In this document: positions 1 to 21,200 of the stretch, one piece after another
Layout: the number at the start of each line of letters is the position of its first letter
How positions within the stretch are numbered: position 1 is the stretch's first letter
Assembly: GCF_039654945.1 (NCBI RefSeq)
Contig: NW_027361928.1
Location: 992,001 to 1,056,000, forward strand
Direction of reading: 5' to 3'
Source of the DNA: Dendrobates tinctorius
Taxonomy: Eukaryota
Length of the DNA: 64,000 nt
The notes under the pieces: generated by a model
Database searches by the model: none
Told to the model about the DNA's origin: nothing
The model's input: the letters and a program-made list of their open reading frames with translations, nothing else
Translations under genes and position numbers: made by a program

Positions 1-790
1 GAGTGGAGAAGGAGATCTTGGGACGATCGAAGGTTGCGTGCGGGTAGGTACCTAGAGGCCATGTCACAGATGTAAGGAGGACTCAGGTTGTGGACGGCTT
101 TGTATGTCATGGTTAGGGTTTTGAATTGGAGCCTCTGGACGATAGGAAGCCAATGAGGGGCCTGGCATAGGGGGGAGGCTGGGGAATAGCGGGGAGACAG
201 GTAGATTAGTCGGGCAGCAGAGTGTAGGATGGACTGGAGCGGAGCCAGAGTGCTAGAGGGGAGGCCAGAGAGTAGGAGGTTGCAGTAGTCGAGGCGGGAG
301 ATGATAAGGGCGTGCACTAGTGTTTTTGTGGTTGAGGAATGAGCGGATCCGGGAAATATTTTTGAGTTTGCGGCGGCAGGAGGAGGCGAGGGCTTGGATA
401 TGTGGTTTGAAAGAGAGCGCAGAGTCGAGGATCACCCCGAGGCACCGAGTGTGCGGGACTGGGGAAAGAGAGCAGCGGTTGACATTGACCGATCGGTCTG
501 GTGGAGGGGTGGAGTGAGATGGGGAAAGATGATGAATTCTGCTTTGTCCATGTTCAGTTTGAGAAAGCAAGCAGAGAAGAAGGCTGAGACAGCGGACAGA
601 CATTGTGGGATGTCGGTCAGTACGGAGGCGAGGTCGGGTCCAGATAGGTAGATCTAGAGGCGATACTGCAAACCGTGGGATTCTAGGAGCTGTCCCAGGC
701 GGAAGGTGTAGATGGAGAAGAGCAGGGGTCCGAGGACAGAGCCTTGGGGAACACCGGCAGGGGGCGCGGTGAGGAGGCGGTGTGTGAAGC
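1..790 (-). mobile_element. L2-clade LINE 3' fragment in APEH intron 9 (left)
   Basis: Degenerate RT C-terminal peptides ([46 protein letters not shown]). Confidence 0.85.
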
Positions 791-852
791 CCTGCACAGG
801 ACTCCTCGCACACTGGGGGGTGGGGGGGTTACAGTTTGAGGTCGGTTCTCAC

Positions 853-3800
853 CACAGTTTCCTCCGGTCAGGTCCACAAAGAACAAGGCGGACCTAGAGG
901 CAGAGATCTGGGGTCAGTAATGTTATTATGGAGGTGGTTAGCATTGTGATTACGGGGGCAGCCTCGCAGCATCTTAGGCCGTTACCTCCGGTTAGCGCAG
1001 TACTTTAAGCCGAGGCGGTAGGGACTGTGCCACCAGCCCACAAACAGCACGCCCGTGTCATCCGGTGACCAGAAGGCCTGGCAGGAGGGGAGAGCAGCGT
1101 CACGTGCAGGCATCAGGCGGTATTACGATGGTGGCGGCTAATGCTCACCTGACCCGGGGAGACGGCAGCGGGGATTCCCTCCAGCACAGAGATGTTGCCG
1201 CTCTCGATGTCCAGCACACACAGCGCCGGGACGCTCTTACCCACCAGACACTCGCCCCAGTCCTCATGGAGAACGAACTGATCTCCCTGCAGAAGGAAGA
1301 ACGCAGAGTAATGGCCGACACCGACGCGCGAGAGCGGGGAGCAGAGGACGCGCGAGAGCGGGGAGCAGAGGACGCGCGAGAGCGGGGAGCAGAGGACGCG
1401 CGAGAGCGGGGAGCAGAGGACGCGCGAGAGCGGGGAGCAGAGGACGAGCGAGAGCGGGGAGCAGAGGACGAGCGAGAGCGGGGAGCAGAGGACGAGCGAG
1501 AGCGGGGAGCAGAGGACGAGCGAGAGCGGGGAGCAGAGGACGAGCGAGAGCGGGGAGCAGAGGACGAGCGAGAGCGGGGAGCAGAGGACACCGACGAGCG
1601 AGAGCGGGGAGCAGAGGACACCGACGTGCGAGAGCGGGGAGCAGAGGACACCGACGTGCGAGAGCGGGGAGCAGAGGACACCGACGTGCGAGAGCGGGGA
1701 GCAGAGGACACCGACGTGCGAGAGCGGGGAGCAGAGGACACCGACGTGCGAGAGCGGGGAGCAGAGGACACCGACGTGCGAGAGCGGGGAGCAGAGGACA
1801 CCGACGTGCGAGCGCGGGGAGCAGAGGACGCCGATGTGTGAGGTGCAGTGCAGAGCGGGGAAGGGGGTGCGGTGCAGAACGTGGGGGAGGGGGTGAGGTG
1901 CAGAACGCGGGGGAGGGGGTGAGGTGCAGAGCGCGGGGGAGGGGGTGCGGTGCAGAGCGCGGGGGAGGGGGTGCGGTGCAGAGCGCGGGGAAGGGGGTGC
2001 GGTGCAGAGCGCGGGGTGCCCTCACCTTCACAGTTTTCTCGGCGCCGTCCTCTTCTTCTTCTGCTGCGAGATTTTTGGCATCGAAGAACGACTTGGTTTT
2101 CGGTCTCTTCTTCTCGGCGATGTACAGAAGATGTGTCTCTGAGTGCGACCAGGACAGAGACCCGAACTGCTCTGCAGGGAAAAGACAGGCGAAGTAAGGG
2201 CCAGGACCCCACCACGAGGCACCACCCACCACCACCACACCAGATCCCACCACGAGGCACCACCCACCACCACACCGGATCCCGCCGCAAGGCACCACCC
2301 ACCACCACCTCACCGCGAGGCACCACCCACCACCACACCGGATCCCACCGCAAGGCACCACCCATCACACTCACCGTCCTCGTACACCTTCCCGTGTTTC
2401 TCCAGCGCTGTCAGGTTGATGCTTTTCACCTTCCGGTTTCTGTCCCACACCTGAAATGAGTAGAGGAGGCGCAGTGACCTCAGAGGCTCCTACCAGACAC
2501 CCCCGGCTCTGCTCCTCACCTCCAGGAACTGCGCGTCCTCCCCGCCCCGGGTCTTGGTCTCTCGCAGGACGGCCTTCAGCGCTCCCGAGGGCGACTCCCT
2601 GCTGAGCAGTCTGGGGGGACACGGAGGGACACAGGTGACCACCACGCAGCCCGATCCCCGGGACAGTCCGACTGTTCAGCATCTGCAGGCTGCACGGTAT
2701 GGACAGCACTCCGCCATCATCCCCGGACCTCCGCTCAGCTTCCTCCATGCCTCCAATGCATGCAACTCTGGGCTCCCTCCCGCCCTGCACCGCCTCCCTG
2801 GCGGTCTCTGCCTCCCCTCACCCTTCACCCCCACCCATGTGGTCTCTGCCTCCCCTAACCCTTCACCCCCACCCATGTGGCCTCTGCCTCCCCTCGCCCT
2901 GCACCCCCACCCAAGTGGTCTTGGCCTCTGCCTCCCCGGCGGTCTCTGCCTCCCCTCGCCCTGCACCCCCACCCAAGTGGTCTCGGCCTCTGCCTCCCCG
3001 GCGGTCTCTGCCTCCCCTCGCCCTGCACCCCCACCCAAGTGGTCTCGCCCTCTGCCTCCCCGGCGGTCTCTGCCTCCCCTCCCCGGCGGTCTACGTCACT
3101 TACTCTCCTCGGATCTCGCTGCTGTTCCCGCACGCTCCGGCGTACACCACTGTGTTATTATCATGGAAGACGATGTACTGGCGGCAGAACTTCACCTGCT
3201 CGTTACGATCCAGATCTCTCTGTGCCCATTCTACAGGGGAAGAACCAGGGCTCTCATGAGGGGGCCACACTGCGCGGACAGCACTCACAGAGGACGCCCC
3301 CAACTCTGCACCCACCGGTGTTGGCCAATATACTGTTCCCCACTTATATAATAACACAATCATGTACCGCAGCTGTACAGACGTCATCACTGTCCCCATC
3401 GGGGCTCACAATCTACAATCCCATCAGCCTTCGGAGTGTGGGAGGAACCAAAGGAAACATGGGGACAACACACAGACCCCCTAAAGATGATGTGCTGGGA
3501 GGGGTTCGAATCCTGGACCCCAGTGTGCCGGTACTGACCACTGAGCCACCGTGCAATTCGTGTGTGGTGTACAGGAAAATCACACGGCCCGGACAGAACA
3601 GAAAAGATCCAACAGATCTATAGGGGGTGCAGCGGCCAGCGACAGAGAGAGCAGAAAAGCCGGAAATCCATCCGCCCGGATCTGTGAGATCACTGCAGGA
3701 GAGGGGTCGCACCCGGGTACTCCATACAGAATGTGGGTGCAAATATCCGCACCGCGGACAGAACGCAGCTGTGTAACGTAAGGATGATCTGTTTATATTC

Positions 3801-5870
3801 TATCCTGTCTCACGTACCCGCTGCTCAGCCCGTGACTCGGGGTGTCGCCTGCAAGGGTTAATCTGTCTCCTCTCAGTCCAGCATTCACCCTCTGTCCTAT
3901 GCTGCAGTGGGAGCATAAATCACACCCCGACACAGACCACGCACCCCGCTCATACACGCTGCCACCACTCCCCGAACACACGGGCGATGAGTCCCGGAGA
4001 TATTACTGCTGTCTGCCAATCACCAGGAGCGCACACTCTAAGGATATGGAGTCTTTACAGCAACAAGGCTCAGACTTATTACAGTTTTATAATAGAAAAG
4101 GTGCAGTGCTTACAATAAAAGATAAGAATATGGAAATAAAAAGTGACATACAAATATGCAAAACAGTTATAAAATAAAAGTGAGAAACTTACAGAAATAT
4201 CTAAACTTTGCAGTCTGGTATTCTGCTCCGAGGGATGAATATGGAATGGATCACACCAGCTCGGCTGTCCCTCAGTCTGTGGACAGCTCTCTATGTGTAA
4301 AGGCCTAATTTATAGATTTACTCTGGGGATCAGATTTCCAGACCAGCCGCTCAGGTTAATATTCTATATGGTAAGCACTGCACCTCTTCTATTAAAGCTT
4401 AAAACTTTAAGGCTGTGTGCACACGCTGCGGATTTGGCGGCTGCGGGTCTGCAGCAGTTTTTGCTGCGGTGTACAGTACCACGATTCCCTATGGGAATAA
4501 AAAAACGCTGTGCAGACGGTGCAGATTTTTCCACGCGGTTTTTCTGTGGTTTTGAAACCGCAGTAAGAATGGCATGTGAATTCTTTCTGCGGAATCCGCA
4601 GCGGTTTGCCATGTCCTCCATTGTGGAGATGAAAAACCGCAGAGCAATCCGCAGTGTGTGCGCGTAGCCGGATAAGTCTGAGCCTTGTTGCTGTACAGAC
4701 TCCATATCCTTAGAGTGTGCGCTCCTGGTGATTGGCAGACAGCAGTAATATCTCCGGGACTCGTCGCCCGTGTGTTCGGGGAGTGGTGGCAGCGTGTATG
4801 AGCGGGGTGCGTGGTCTGTGTCGGGGTGTGATTTATGCTCCCACTGCAGCATAGGACAGAGGGTGAATGCTGGACTGAGAGGAGACAGATTAACCCTTGC
4901 AGGCGACACCCCAAGTCACGGGCTGAGCAGCGGGTACGTGACAGGCAGGTGAGCTGGACTTTCTTTTCCACAATAGCCAGCAGGAGTGTAGGTGGGGTCA
5001 GGGCCACTATTGCGCCCCCCGGAGGCAGACTAACCTGTGTACACGTTGCTGTACTTTCCACCATACTGTGTGGTGACCTCAGGTCCGATGGACGCACTGG
5101 ACAGAGACGGGAACTGGCAGAGATGACGGTAGAACGCCGCCACGTCCTGCACCACCTGGGAAAACAGAAGGCGAAGTGATAGAGGAGCAAACAATCAGGA
5201 GGAGGAGTGCAGGCAGCCAATCAGGAGGAGGAGAGCGGGTAGCCAGCCAGCCAATCAGGAGGAGGAGAGCGGGCAGCCAGCCAATCAGGAGGAGGAGAGC
5301 AGGCAGCCAGCCAATCAGGAGGAGAGCGCCCAGCAAGCCAACCAGCCAATCAGGAGGAGGAGAGCGGGCAGCCAGCCAATCAGGAGGAGGAGAGCAGCCT
5401 GCCAGCCAATCAGAAAGAGGAGAGCAGCCAGCCAGAAGGTGAGCAGCCAGCCAATCAGGAGGAGGAGTGCAGCCAGCCAATCAGGAGGAGGAGTGCAGCC
5501 AGCCAATCAGGAGGAGGAGTGCAGCCAGCCAATCAGAAGGAGAAAAACAGGCAGCCAGCCAGCCAATCAGGAGAAGAAAAACAGGCAGCCAATCAGGAGG
5601 AGGAGTGCAGCCAGCCAATCAGGAGGAGAAAAACAGGCAGCCAGCCAGCCAATCAGGAGGAGGAGTGCAGCCAGCCAATCAGAAGGAGAAAAACAGGCAG
5701 CCAGCCAGCCAATCAGGAGGAGGAGTGCAGCCAGCCAATCAGGAGGAGCCATGTCGCTGGGACTTGCAGTCCACTGATGAAGAGGTGGGAGGCGTAGTCC
5801 TCGGTGTGGCCTCAGGCAGCAGCTCGGCTCCGCACTCACTCTGTGGCCCTCTCACCTGAGCCGCCGCCAT
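853..5870 (-). CDS. APEH: Acylaminoacyl-peptide hydrolase (APEH), left copy, exons 1-9; continues beyond the window start
   Basis: Hand-spliced GT-AG exons: 5856-5870 (MAAAQ), 5035-5155, 3104-3230 ([24 protein letters not shown]), 2520-2610 (LLSRESPSG), 2375-2450, 2026-2171 ([20 protein letters not shown]), 1149-1286 ([27 protein letters not shown]), 986-1077 ([16 protein letters not shown]), 853-893. Phases are consistent and the peptides match vertebrate APEH as I recall it. Confidence 0.95.
1315..2015. repeat. APEH intron 6 minisatellites (21/27-bp GCGAGAGCGGGGAGCAGAGGAC and ~25-bp GGTGCAGAGCGCGGGGGAGGGG); shorter duplicate at 54660-55120
   Basis: Direct tandem units visible. Confidence 0.9.
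3345..3554 (-). mobile_element. Degenerate tRNA-derived SINE (V-SINE-like); duplicate at ~56384-56593
   Basis: Ends ...ttcgaatcctggaccccag...accactgagccaccgtgc, resembling the reverse complement of a tRNA-like head (A/B boxes) of frog SINEs. Recognised from memory. Confidence 0.5.
3806..4943. mobile_element. Foldback/long inverted repeat element with ~300-bp arms; duplicate at ~56845-57984
   Basis: 3810-4078 is the reverse complement of 4673-4942. Inverted similarity continues at 4083-4116 vs 4368-4410. Termini are TGT...ACA. Confidence 0.8.
4411..4669. mobile_element. MITE (PIF/Harbinger-like) nested in the right foldback arm
   Basis: TIRs ggctgtgtgcacacgctgcggatt / aatccgcagtgtgtgcgcgtagcc, preceded by TAA. 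Confidence 0.65.
5185..5750. repeat. APEH intron 1 CCAAT-containing minisatellite (AGCCAATCAGGAGGAGGAG..); duplicate at 58225-58505
   Basis: About 18 GCCAATCAG units in the left copy and about 9 in the right. Confidence 0.9.
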
Positions 5871-6297
5871 CAGTACACACGCCCTCCTGGGAGAAGCAGC
5901 ACTGCAGCTGTCACCCCCGCCCCGACTCCGTGGCTTTTCCTGATTTCTCTGATTGGTTCTCCCACCTCTGGGGGCGGAGCCACACATGACAGTTTCATCA
6001 GTTGGCGGAATACGCGCAGGACGGAAGTCACGTGATTCGCTCGCCTCTAGCGCCATGACGTCACCGAGGCGCTGGGTCACGTGACACCTGGCGGCCATGT
6101 TTTCTGAGGGCAGAGCTCTAGCGCATCCGCCGCCATATTTGATGAGGGAATGTAATGCCGCAAAGGAGAAGTGAGTGCAGAGTGTGCACGGGGCGCTGTG
6201 TGCGGGTCTGGGGCCCTAGGAGAAGGAGGCCGCTGGGCAGTATAAAGAGCGGCTGTCCCGTCCTGAGACCCTTCTGCCTCATCTCTCAGCAGCCGCC
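5871..6297. promoter_or_regulatory. CpG-rich bidirectional promoter APEH/NICN1 (left)
   Basis: 427 bp lie between the divergent ATGs. Motifs: GC boxes (5915-5922, 5972-5977), ATTGG 5952-5956, ETS+E-box CGGAAGTCACGTGA 6022-6035, CRE TGACGTCA 6056-6063, GTCACGTGAC 6076-6085, YY1-like GCCATNTT at ~6094 and ~6132, TATAAA 6241-6246. Confidence 0.85.
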
Positions 6298-14721
<8,424 letters not shown>

Positions 14722-15093
14722 CACTGCGGGGGTCCGCACACCGTCTCCGGCTTCAGCTGGGGGTCACGCCTGTCTGCTGAAGCTACAGAATGCGGGCCGT
14801 GCTCGGGGTCACCTGACTTCACTGTGTGCCGGCAGAAGCGCCCCCCCAGACCTGGCCCCCTCCTCCCCCGCGGCCCCCCCAGACCTGGCCCCCTCCTCCC
14901 TCAGGGCCCCCCAGACCCGGCCCCCTCCTCCCCCGCGGTCCCCCCAGACCCGGCCCCCTCCTCCCCCGCGGCCCCCTCAGACCCGGCCCCCTCCTCCCCC
15001 GCGGCCCCCTCAGACCCGTCCCCCTCCTCCCCCGCGGCCCCCTCCTCCGCGGCCCCCCCAGACCCGGCCCCCTCCTCACATGAATTCACCAGA

Positions 15094-15099
15094 AATAAA
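15094..15099 (+). terminator. Probable NICN1 polyadenylation signal
   Basis: First AATAAA after the stop at 14721, followed by GT-rich sequence. Confidence 0.6.
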
Positions 15100-15219
15100 T
15101 CTTCTGATTTCGGCTGCGTCTTGTGTGACATTATTAGGAGGTGAAGACTCGGGGCCGCGGCGCCCCCCGGAGGAGCAGAGGAGTGCTGCAGGACCTAACT
15201 GGGGGCAGCAGCAGAGGTT

Positions 15220-18200
15220 ATATGGGGGAGCAGTGCTGATTATAGGGGGCGCGGTGCTGATTATAGGGGAGCCACTTGCTTTGATTTTACGGGGTGTGGC
15301 AATGATTATAGGGGGAGCCACCTGTGCTGATTATAGGGGGAGCAGTGCTGATTATAGGGGGCACGGTGCTAATTATAGGGGGAGCCTCCTGCTCTGATTA
15401 TAGGGGGAGCAGTGCTGATTATAGGGGGCACGGTGCTGATTATAGGGGGAGCCTCCTGCTCTGATTATAGAGGGAGCGGTGCTGATTATAGGAGGAGTCG
15501 CTTGCTCTAATTATAGGGGGAGCCGCCGGTGCTGATTATAGGGGGCACGGTGCTAATTATAGGGAGAGCCGCCTGCTCTGATTATAGGGGGAGCAGTGCT
15601 GATTATAGGGGGAGCAGTGCTGATTATAGGGGGAGCCGCCCACTCTGATTATAGGGGGAGCTGCGCTGATTATAGGGGGAGCCGCGCACTCTGATTATAG
15701 GGGGAGCTGCGCTGATTATAGGGGGAGCCGCCCACTCTGATTATAGGGGGAGCGGTGCTGATTATAGGGGGAGCAGTGCTGATTATAGGGAGAGCCGCCT
15801 GCTCTGATTATAGGGGGAGCAGTGCTGATTATAGGGGGAGCAGTGCTGATTATAGGGGGAGCCGCCCACTCTGATTATAGGGGGAGCTGCGCTGATTATA
15901 GGGGGAGCCGCGCACTCTGATTATAGGGGGAGCGGTGCTGATTATAGGGGGAGCCGCGCACTCTGATTATAGGGGGAGCTGCGCTGATTATAGGGGGAGC
16001 CGCCCACTCTGATTATAGGGGGAGCGGTGCTGATTATAGGGGGAGCCGCGCACTCTGATTATAGGGGGAGCTGCGCTGATTATAGGGGGAGCCGCCCACT
16101 CTGATTATAGGGGGAGCTGCGCTGATTATAGGGGGAGCCGCCCACTCTGATTATAGGGGGAGCTGCGCTGATTATAGGGGGAGCCGCGCACTCTGATTAT
16201 AGGGGGAGCGGTGCTGATTATAGGGGGAGCCGCGCACTCTGATTATAGGGGGAGCTGCGCTGATTATAGGGGGAGCCGCCCACTCTGATTATAGGGGGAG
16301 CGGTGCTGATTATAGGGGGAGCCGCGCACTCTGATTATAGGGGGAGCTGCGCTGATTATAGGGGGAGCCGCCCACTCTGATTATAGGGGGAGCTGCGCTG
16401 ATTATAGGGGGAGCCGCCCACTCTGATTATAGGGGGAGCTGCGCTGATTATAGGGGGAGCCGCGCACTCTGATTATAGGGGGAGCGGTGCTGATTATAGG
16501 GGGAGCCGCGCACTCTGATTATAGGGGGAGCTGCGCTGATTATAGGGGGAGCCGCCCACTCTGATTATAGGGGGAGCGGTGCTGATTATAGGGGGAGCCG
16601 CGCACTCTGATTATAGGGGGAGCTGCGCTGATTATAGGGGGAGCCGCCCACTCTGATTATAGGGGGAGCTGCGCTGATTATAGAGGGAGCCGCCCACTCT
16701 GATTATAGGGGGAGCGGTGCTGATTATAGGGGGAGCCGCGCACTCTGATTATAGGGGGAGCGGTGCTGATTATAGGGAGAGCCGCGCACTCTGATTATAG
16801 GGGGAGCTGCGCTGATTATAGGGGGAGCCGCCCACTCTGATTATAGGGGGAGCGGTGCTGATTATAGGGAGAGCCGCCCACTCTGATTATAGGGGGAGCG
16901 TTGCTGATTATAGGGGGAGCCGCCCGCTCTGACTAGGGGGAGCGGTGCTGATTATAGGGGGAGCTGCCTGCACTGATTATAGGGGTGTGGTGCTGATTAT
17001 AGGGGGAGCAGTACTGATTATAGGGGTGTGGTGCTGATTATAGGGGGAGCCGCCCTCTGATTATACAGAGCGTGGGGCTGATTATAGGGGGTGTGGGGCT
17101 GATTATAGGGGGAGCGGTGCTGATTATAGGGGGAGCCACCGGTGCCGACTATAGGGGGAGCTGCGCTGATTATAGGGGTAGCCTCCTGCTCTGATTTTAC
17201 GGGGTGTGGCACTGATTATAGGGGGAGCCACCTGTGCTGATTATAGGGGGGGACAGCGCGCTCTGATTATAGGGGGAGCCGCTTGCTCTGATTATAGGGG
17301 GAGCCGCCTGCTCTGATTATAGGTGGAGGAGTGCTGATTATAGGTGGCACGGTTCTAATTATAGGGAGAGCCTCCTGCGCTGATTTTAGGGGGAGCGGTG
17401 CTGATTATAGGGGGAGTCACTTGCTCTAATTATAGGGGGAGCAGCCGGTGCTGATTATAGGGGGAGCTGCGCTGATTATAGGGGGAAGCCGCCCGCTCTG
17501 ATTATAAGGGGAGCGGTGTTGATTATAGGGGGAGCCGCCTGCGCTGATTATAGGGGGGTGGTGCTGATTATAGGGGAAGCTGCACTGATTATAGGGGGAC
17601 CACGCGCTCTGATTATAGGGGGCGTGGTGCTGATTATAGGGGGAGCCGCCTGCGCTGATTATAGGGGGTGTGGGGCTGATTATAGGGGGTGTGGTACTGA
17701 TTATAGGGGGAGCCGCCCTCTGATTATAGGAGCGGTGCTGATTATAGGGGGAGCTGCGCTGATTATAGGGGGCGTGGTGCTGATTATAGGGGGAGCCGCC
17801 TGCGCTGATTATAGGGGGTGTGGGGCTGATTATAGGGGGAGCCGCCCTCTCTGATTATAGGGGGAGCTGCGCTGATTATAGGGGGATCGGTGCTGATTAT
17901 AGGGGGAGCCGCCCGCTCTGATTTTACGGGGTGTGGCACTGATTATAGGGGGGCCGCTTGCTCTGATTAGGGGGAGCCACCTGTGCTGATTATAGGGGGG
18001 ACTGCGCTCTCTGATTATAGGGGGAGCCGCCTACGCTGATTATAGGGGGTGTGGTGCTGATTATAGGGGGATCCGTCTGCGCTGATTATAGGGGGATCCG
18101 TCTGCTCTGATTATAGGGGGATCCGCGCTGATTATAGGGGGATCCGTCTGCTCTGATTATAGAGGGATCCGCGCTGATTATAGGGGGATCCGTCTGCTCT

Positions 18201-21200
18201 GATTATAGGGGTGCGGTGCTGATTATAGGGGGAGCTGCGCTGATTATAGGGGGATCTGTCTGCGCTGATTATAGGGGGATCCGTCTGCGCTGATTATAGG
18301 GGGATCCGTCTGCGCTGATTATAGGGGGATCCATCTGCTCTGATTATAGGGGGTGTGGTGCCGATTATAGGGGATCCATCTGCTCTTATTATAGGGGGAT
18401 CTGCGCTGATTATGGGATCCGTCTGCTCTGATTATAGGGGGATCCGTCTGCGCTGATTATAGGGGGATCCGTCTGCTCTGATTATAGGGGGTGTGGTGCT
18501 GATTATAGGGGGATCCGTCTGCGCTGATTATAGGGGGATCCGTCTGCTCTGATTATAGGGGGATCCGCGCTGATTATAGGGGGATCCGTCTGCTCTGATT
18601 ATAGGGGGATCCGCGCTGATTATAGGGGGATCCGTCTGCTCTGATTATAGGGGGTGTGGTGCCGATTATAGGGGATCCATCTGCTCTGATTATAGGGGTG
18701 CGGTGCTGATTATAGGGGGAGCTGCGCTGATTATAGGGGGATCTGTCTGCTCTGATTATAGGGGGATCCGTCTGCTCTGATTATAGGGGGATCCGTCTGC
18801 GCTGATTATAGGGGGATCTGTCTGCGCTGATTATAGGGGGATCCATCTGCTCTGATTATAGGGGGTGTGGTGCCGATTATAGGGGATCCATCTGCTCTGA
18901 TTATAGGGGGAGCTGCGCTGATTATAGGGGGATCCGTCTACTCTGATTATAGGGGGATCCGTCTGCTCTGATTATAGTGGGATCCGTCTGCTCTGATTAT
19001 AGTGGGATCCGTCTGCTCTGATTATAGGGGGATCCGTCTGCTCTGATTATAGGGGGATCCGTCTGCGCTGATTATAGGGGGATCCGTCTGCGTTGATTAT
19101 AGGTGGAGCTGCGCTGATTATAGGGGGATCCGTCTGCGCTGATTATAGGGGGATCCGTCTGCGCTGATTATAGGGGGATCCGTCTGCGCTGATTATAGGG
19201 GGATCCATCTGCTCTGATTATAGGGGTGCGGTGCTGATTATAGGGGGAGCTGCGCTGATTATAGGGGGATCCGTCTGCTCTGATTATAGGGGGATCCGCG
19301 CTGATTATAGGTGGAGCTGCGCTGATTATAGGGGGATCCGTCTGCTCTGATTATAGGGGTGCGGTGCTGATTATAGGGGGAGCTGCGCTGATTATAGGGG
19401 GATCTGTCTGCTCTGATTATAGGGGGCGTGGTGCTGACTATAGGGGGATCCGTCTGCTGATTATAGGGGGTGCGGTGCTGATTATAGGGGGAGCTGCTCT
19501 GATTAGAGGGGGCGCGGTGCTGATTATAGGGGGATCCGTCTGCGCTGATTATAGGGGGATCCGTCTGCGCTGATTATAGGGGGATCCGTCTGCGCTGATT
19601 ATAGGATCCGTCTGCTCTGATTATAGGGGGATCCGTCTGCACCGATTATAGGGGGATCCGTCTGCGCTGATTGTAGGGGGAGCTGCGTTGATTATAGGGA
19701 GATCCGTCTGCTCTGATTATAGGGGGAGCGGTGCTGATTATAGGGGGATCCGTCTGCTCTGATTATAGGGGGATCCGTCTGCTCTGATTATAGGGGGATC
19801 CGTCTGCTCTGATTATAGGGGGATCCGTCTGCGCTGATTATAGGGGGATCCGTCTGCGCTGATTATAGGGGGATCCGTCTGCTCTGATTATAGGGGGATC
19901 CGTCTGCGCTGATTATAGGGGGATACGTCTGCTCTGATTATAGGGGGATCTGCTCTGATTATAGGGGGATCAGTCTGCTCTGATTATAGGGGGATCCGTC
20001 TGCTCTGATTATAGGGGGATCCGTCTGCTCTGATTATAGGGGGATCCGTCTGCTCTGATTATAGGGGGATCCGTCTGCGCTGATTATAGGGGGATCCGTC
20101 TGCGCTGATTATAGGGGGATCCGTCTGCGCTGATTATAGGGGGATCCGTCTGCGCTGATTATAGGGGGATACGTCTGCGCTGATTATAGGGGGATCTGCT
20201 CTGATTATATAGGGGGATCCGTCTGCGCTGATTATAGGGTGATCCGTTTGCTCTGATTATAGGGGGATCCGTCTGCTCTGATTATAGGGGGATCCGTTTG
20301 CTCTGATTATAGGGGGATCCGTCTGCGCTGATTATAGGGGGATCCGTCTGCGCTGATTATAGGGGGATCCGTCTGCGCTGATTATAGGGGGATCCGTCTG
20401 CGCTGATTATAGGGGGATCCGTCTGCGCTGATTATAGGGGGATCCGTCTGCTCTGATTATAGGGGGATCCGTCTGCTCTGATTATAGGGGGATCCGTCTG
20501 CTCTGATTATAGGGGGATCCGTCTGCTCTGATTATAGGGGGATCCGTCTGCGCTGATTATAGGGGGATCCGTCTGCGCTGATTATAGGGGGATCCGTCTG
20601 CTCTGATTATAGGGGGATCCGTCTGCTCTGATTATAGGGGGATCCGTCTGCGCTGATTATAGGGGGATCCGTCTGCGCTGATTATAGGGGGATCCGTCTG
20701 CTCTGATTATAGGGGGATCCGTCTGCGCTGATTATAGGGGGATCCGTCTGCGCTGATTATAGGGGGATCCGTCTGCGTTGATTATAGGTGGAGCTGCGCT
20801 GATTATAGGGGGATCCGTCTGCGCTGATTATAGGGGGATCCGTCTGCGCTGATTATAGGGGGATCCGTCTGCGCTGATTATAGGGGGATCCGTCTGCGCT
20901 GATTATAGGGGGATCCGTCTGCGCTGATTATAGGGGGATCCGTCTGCGCTGATTATAGGGGGATCCGTCTGCGTTGATTATAGGGGGAGCTGTCTGCTCT
21001 GATTATAGGGGGATCCGTCTGCGCTGATTATAGGGGGATCCATCTGCTCTGATTATAGGGGTGCGGTGCTGATTATAGGGGGAGCTGCGCTGATTATAGG
21101 GGGATCCGTCTGCTCTGATTATAGGGGGAGCTGCGCTGATTATAGGGGGATCCGTCTGCTCTGATTATAGGGGTGCGGTGCTGATTATAGGGGGAGCTGC

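Noticed and set aside
3495-3554. tRNA gene (GGTTCGAATCC)
   Set aside because: No cloverleaf can be formed; it fits a decayed SINE head.
3842-4909. Pair of identical-start ORFs on opposite strands ([11 protein letters not shown]..)
   Set aside because: A consequence of the inverted repeat arms; no recognisable protein and not ATG-initiated.
14791-14817. ATG CGG GCC GTG CTC (MRAVLGVT) as a candidate AMT exon 1
   Set aside because: In-frame TGA after 8 codons, no convincing donor, and it lies in the NICN1 3' UTR.
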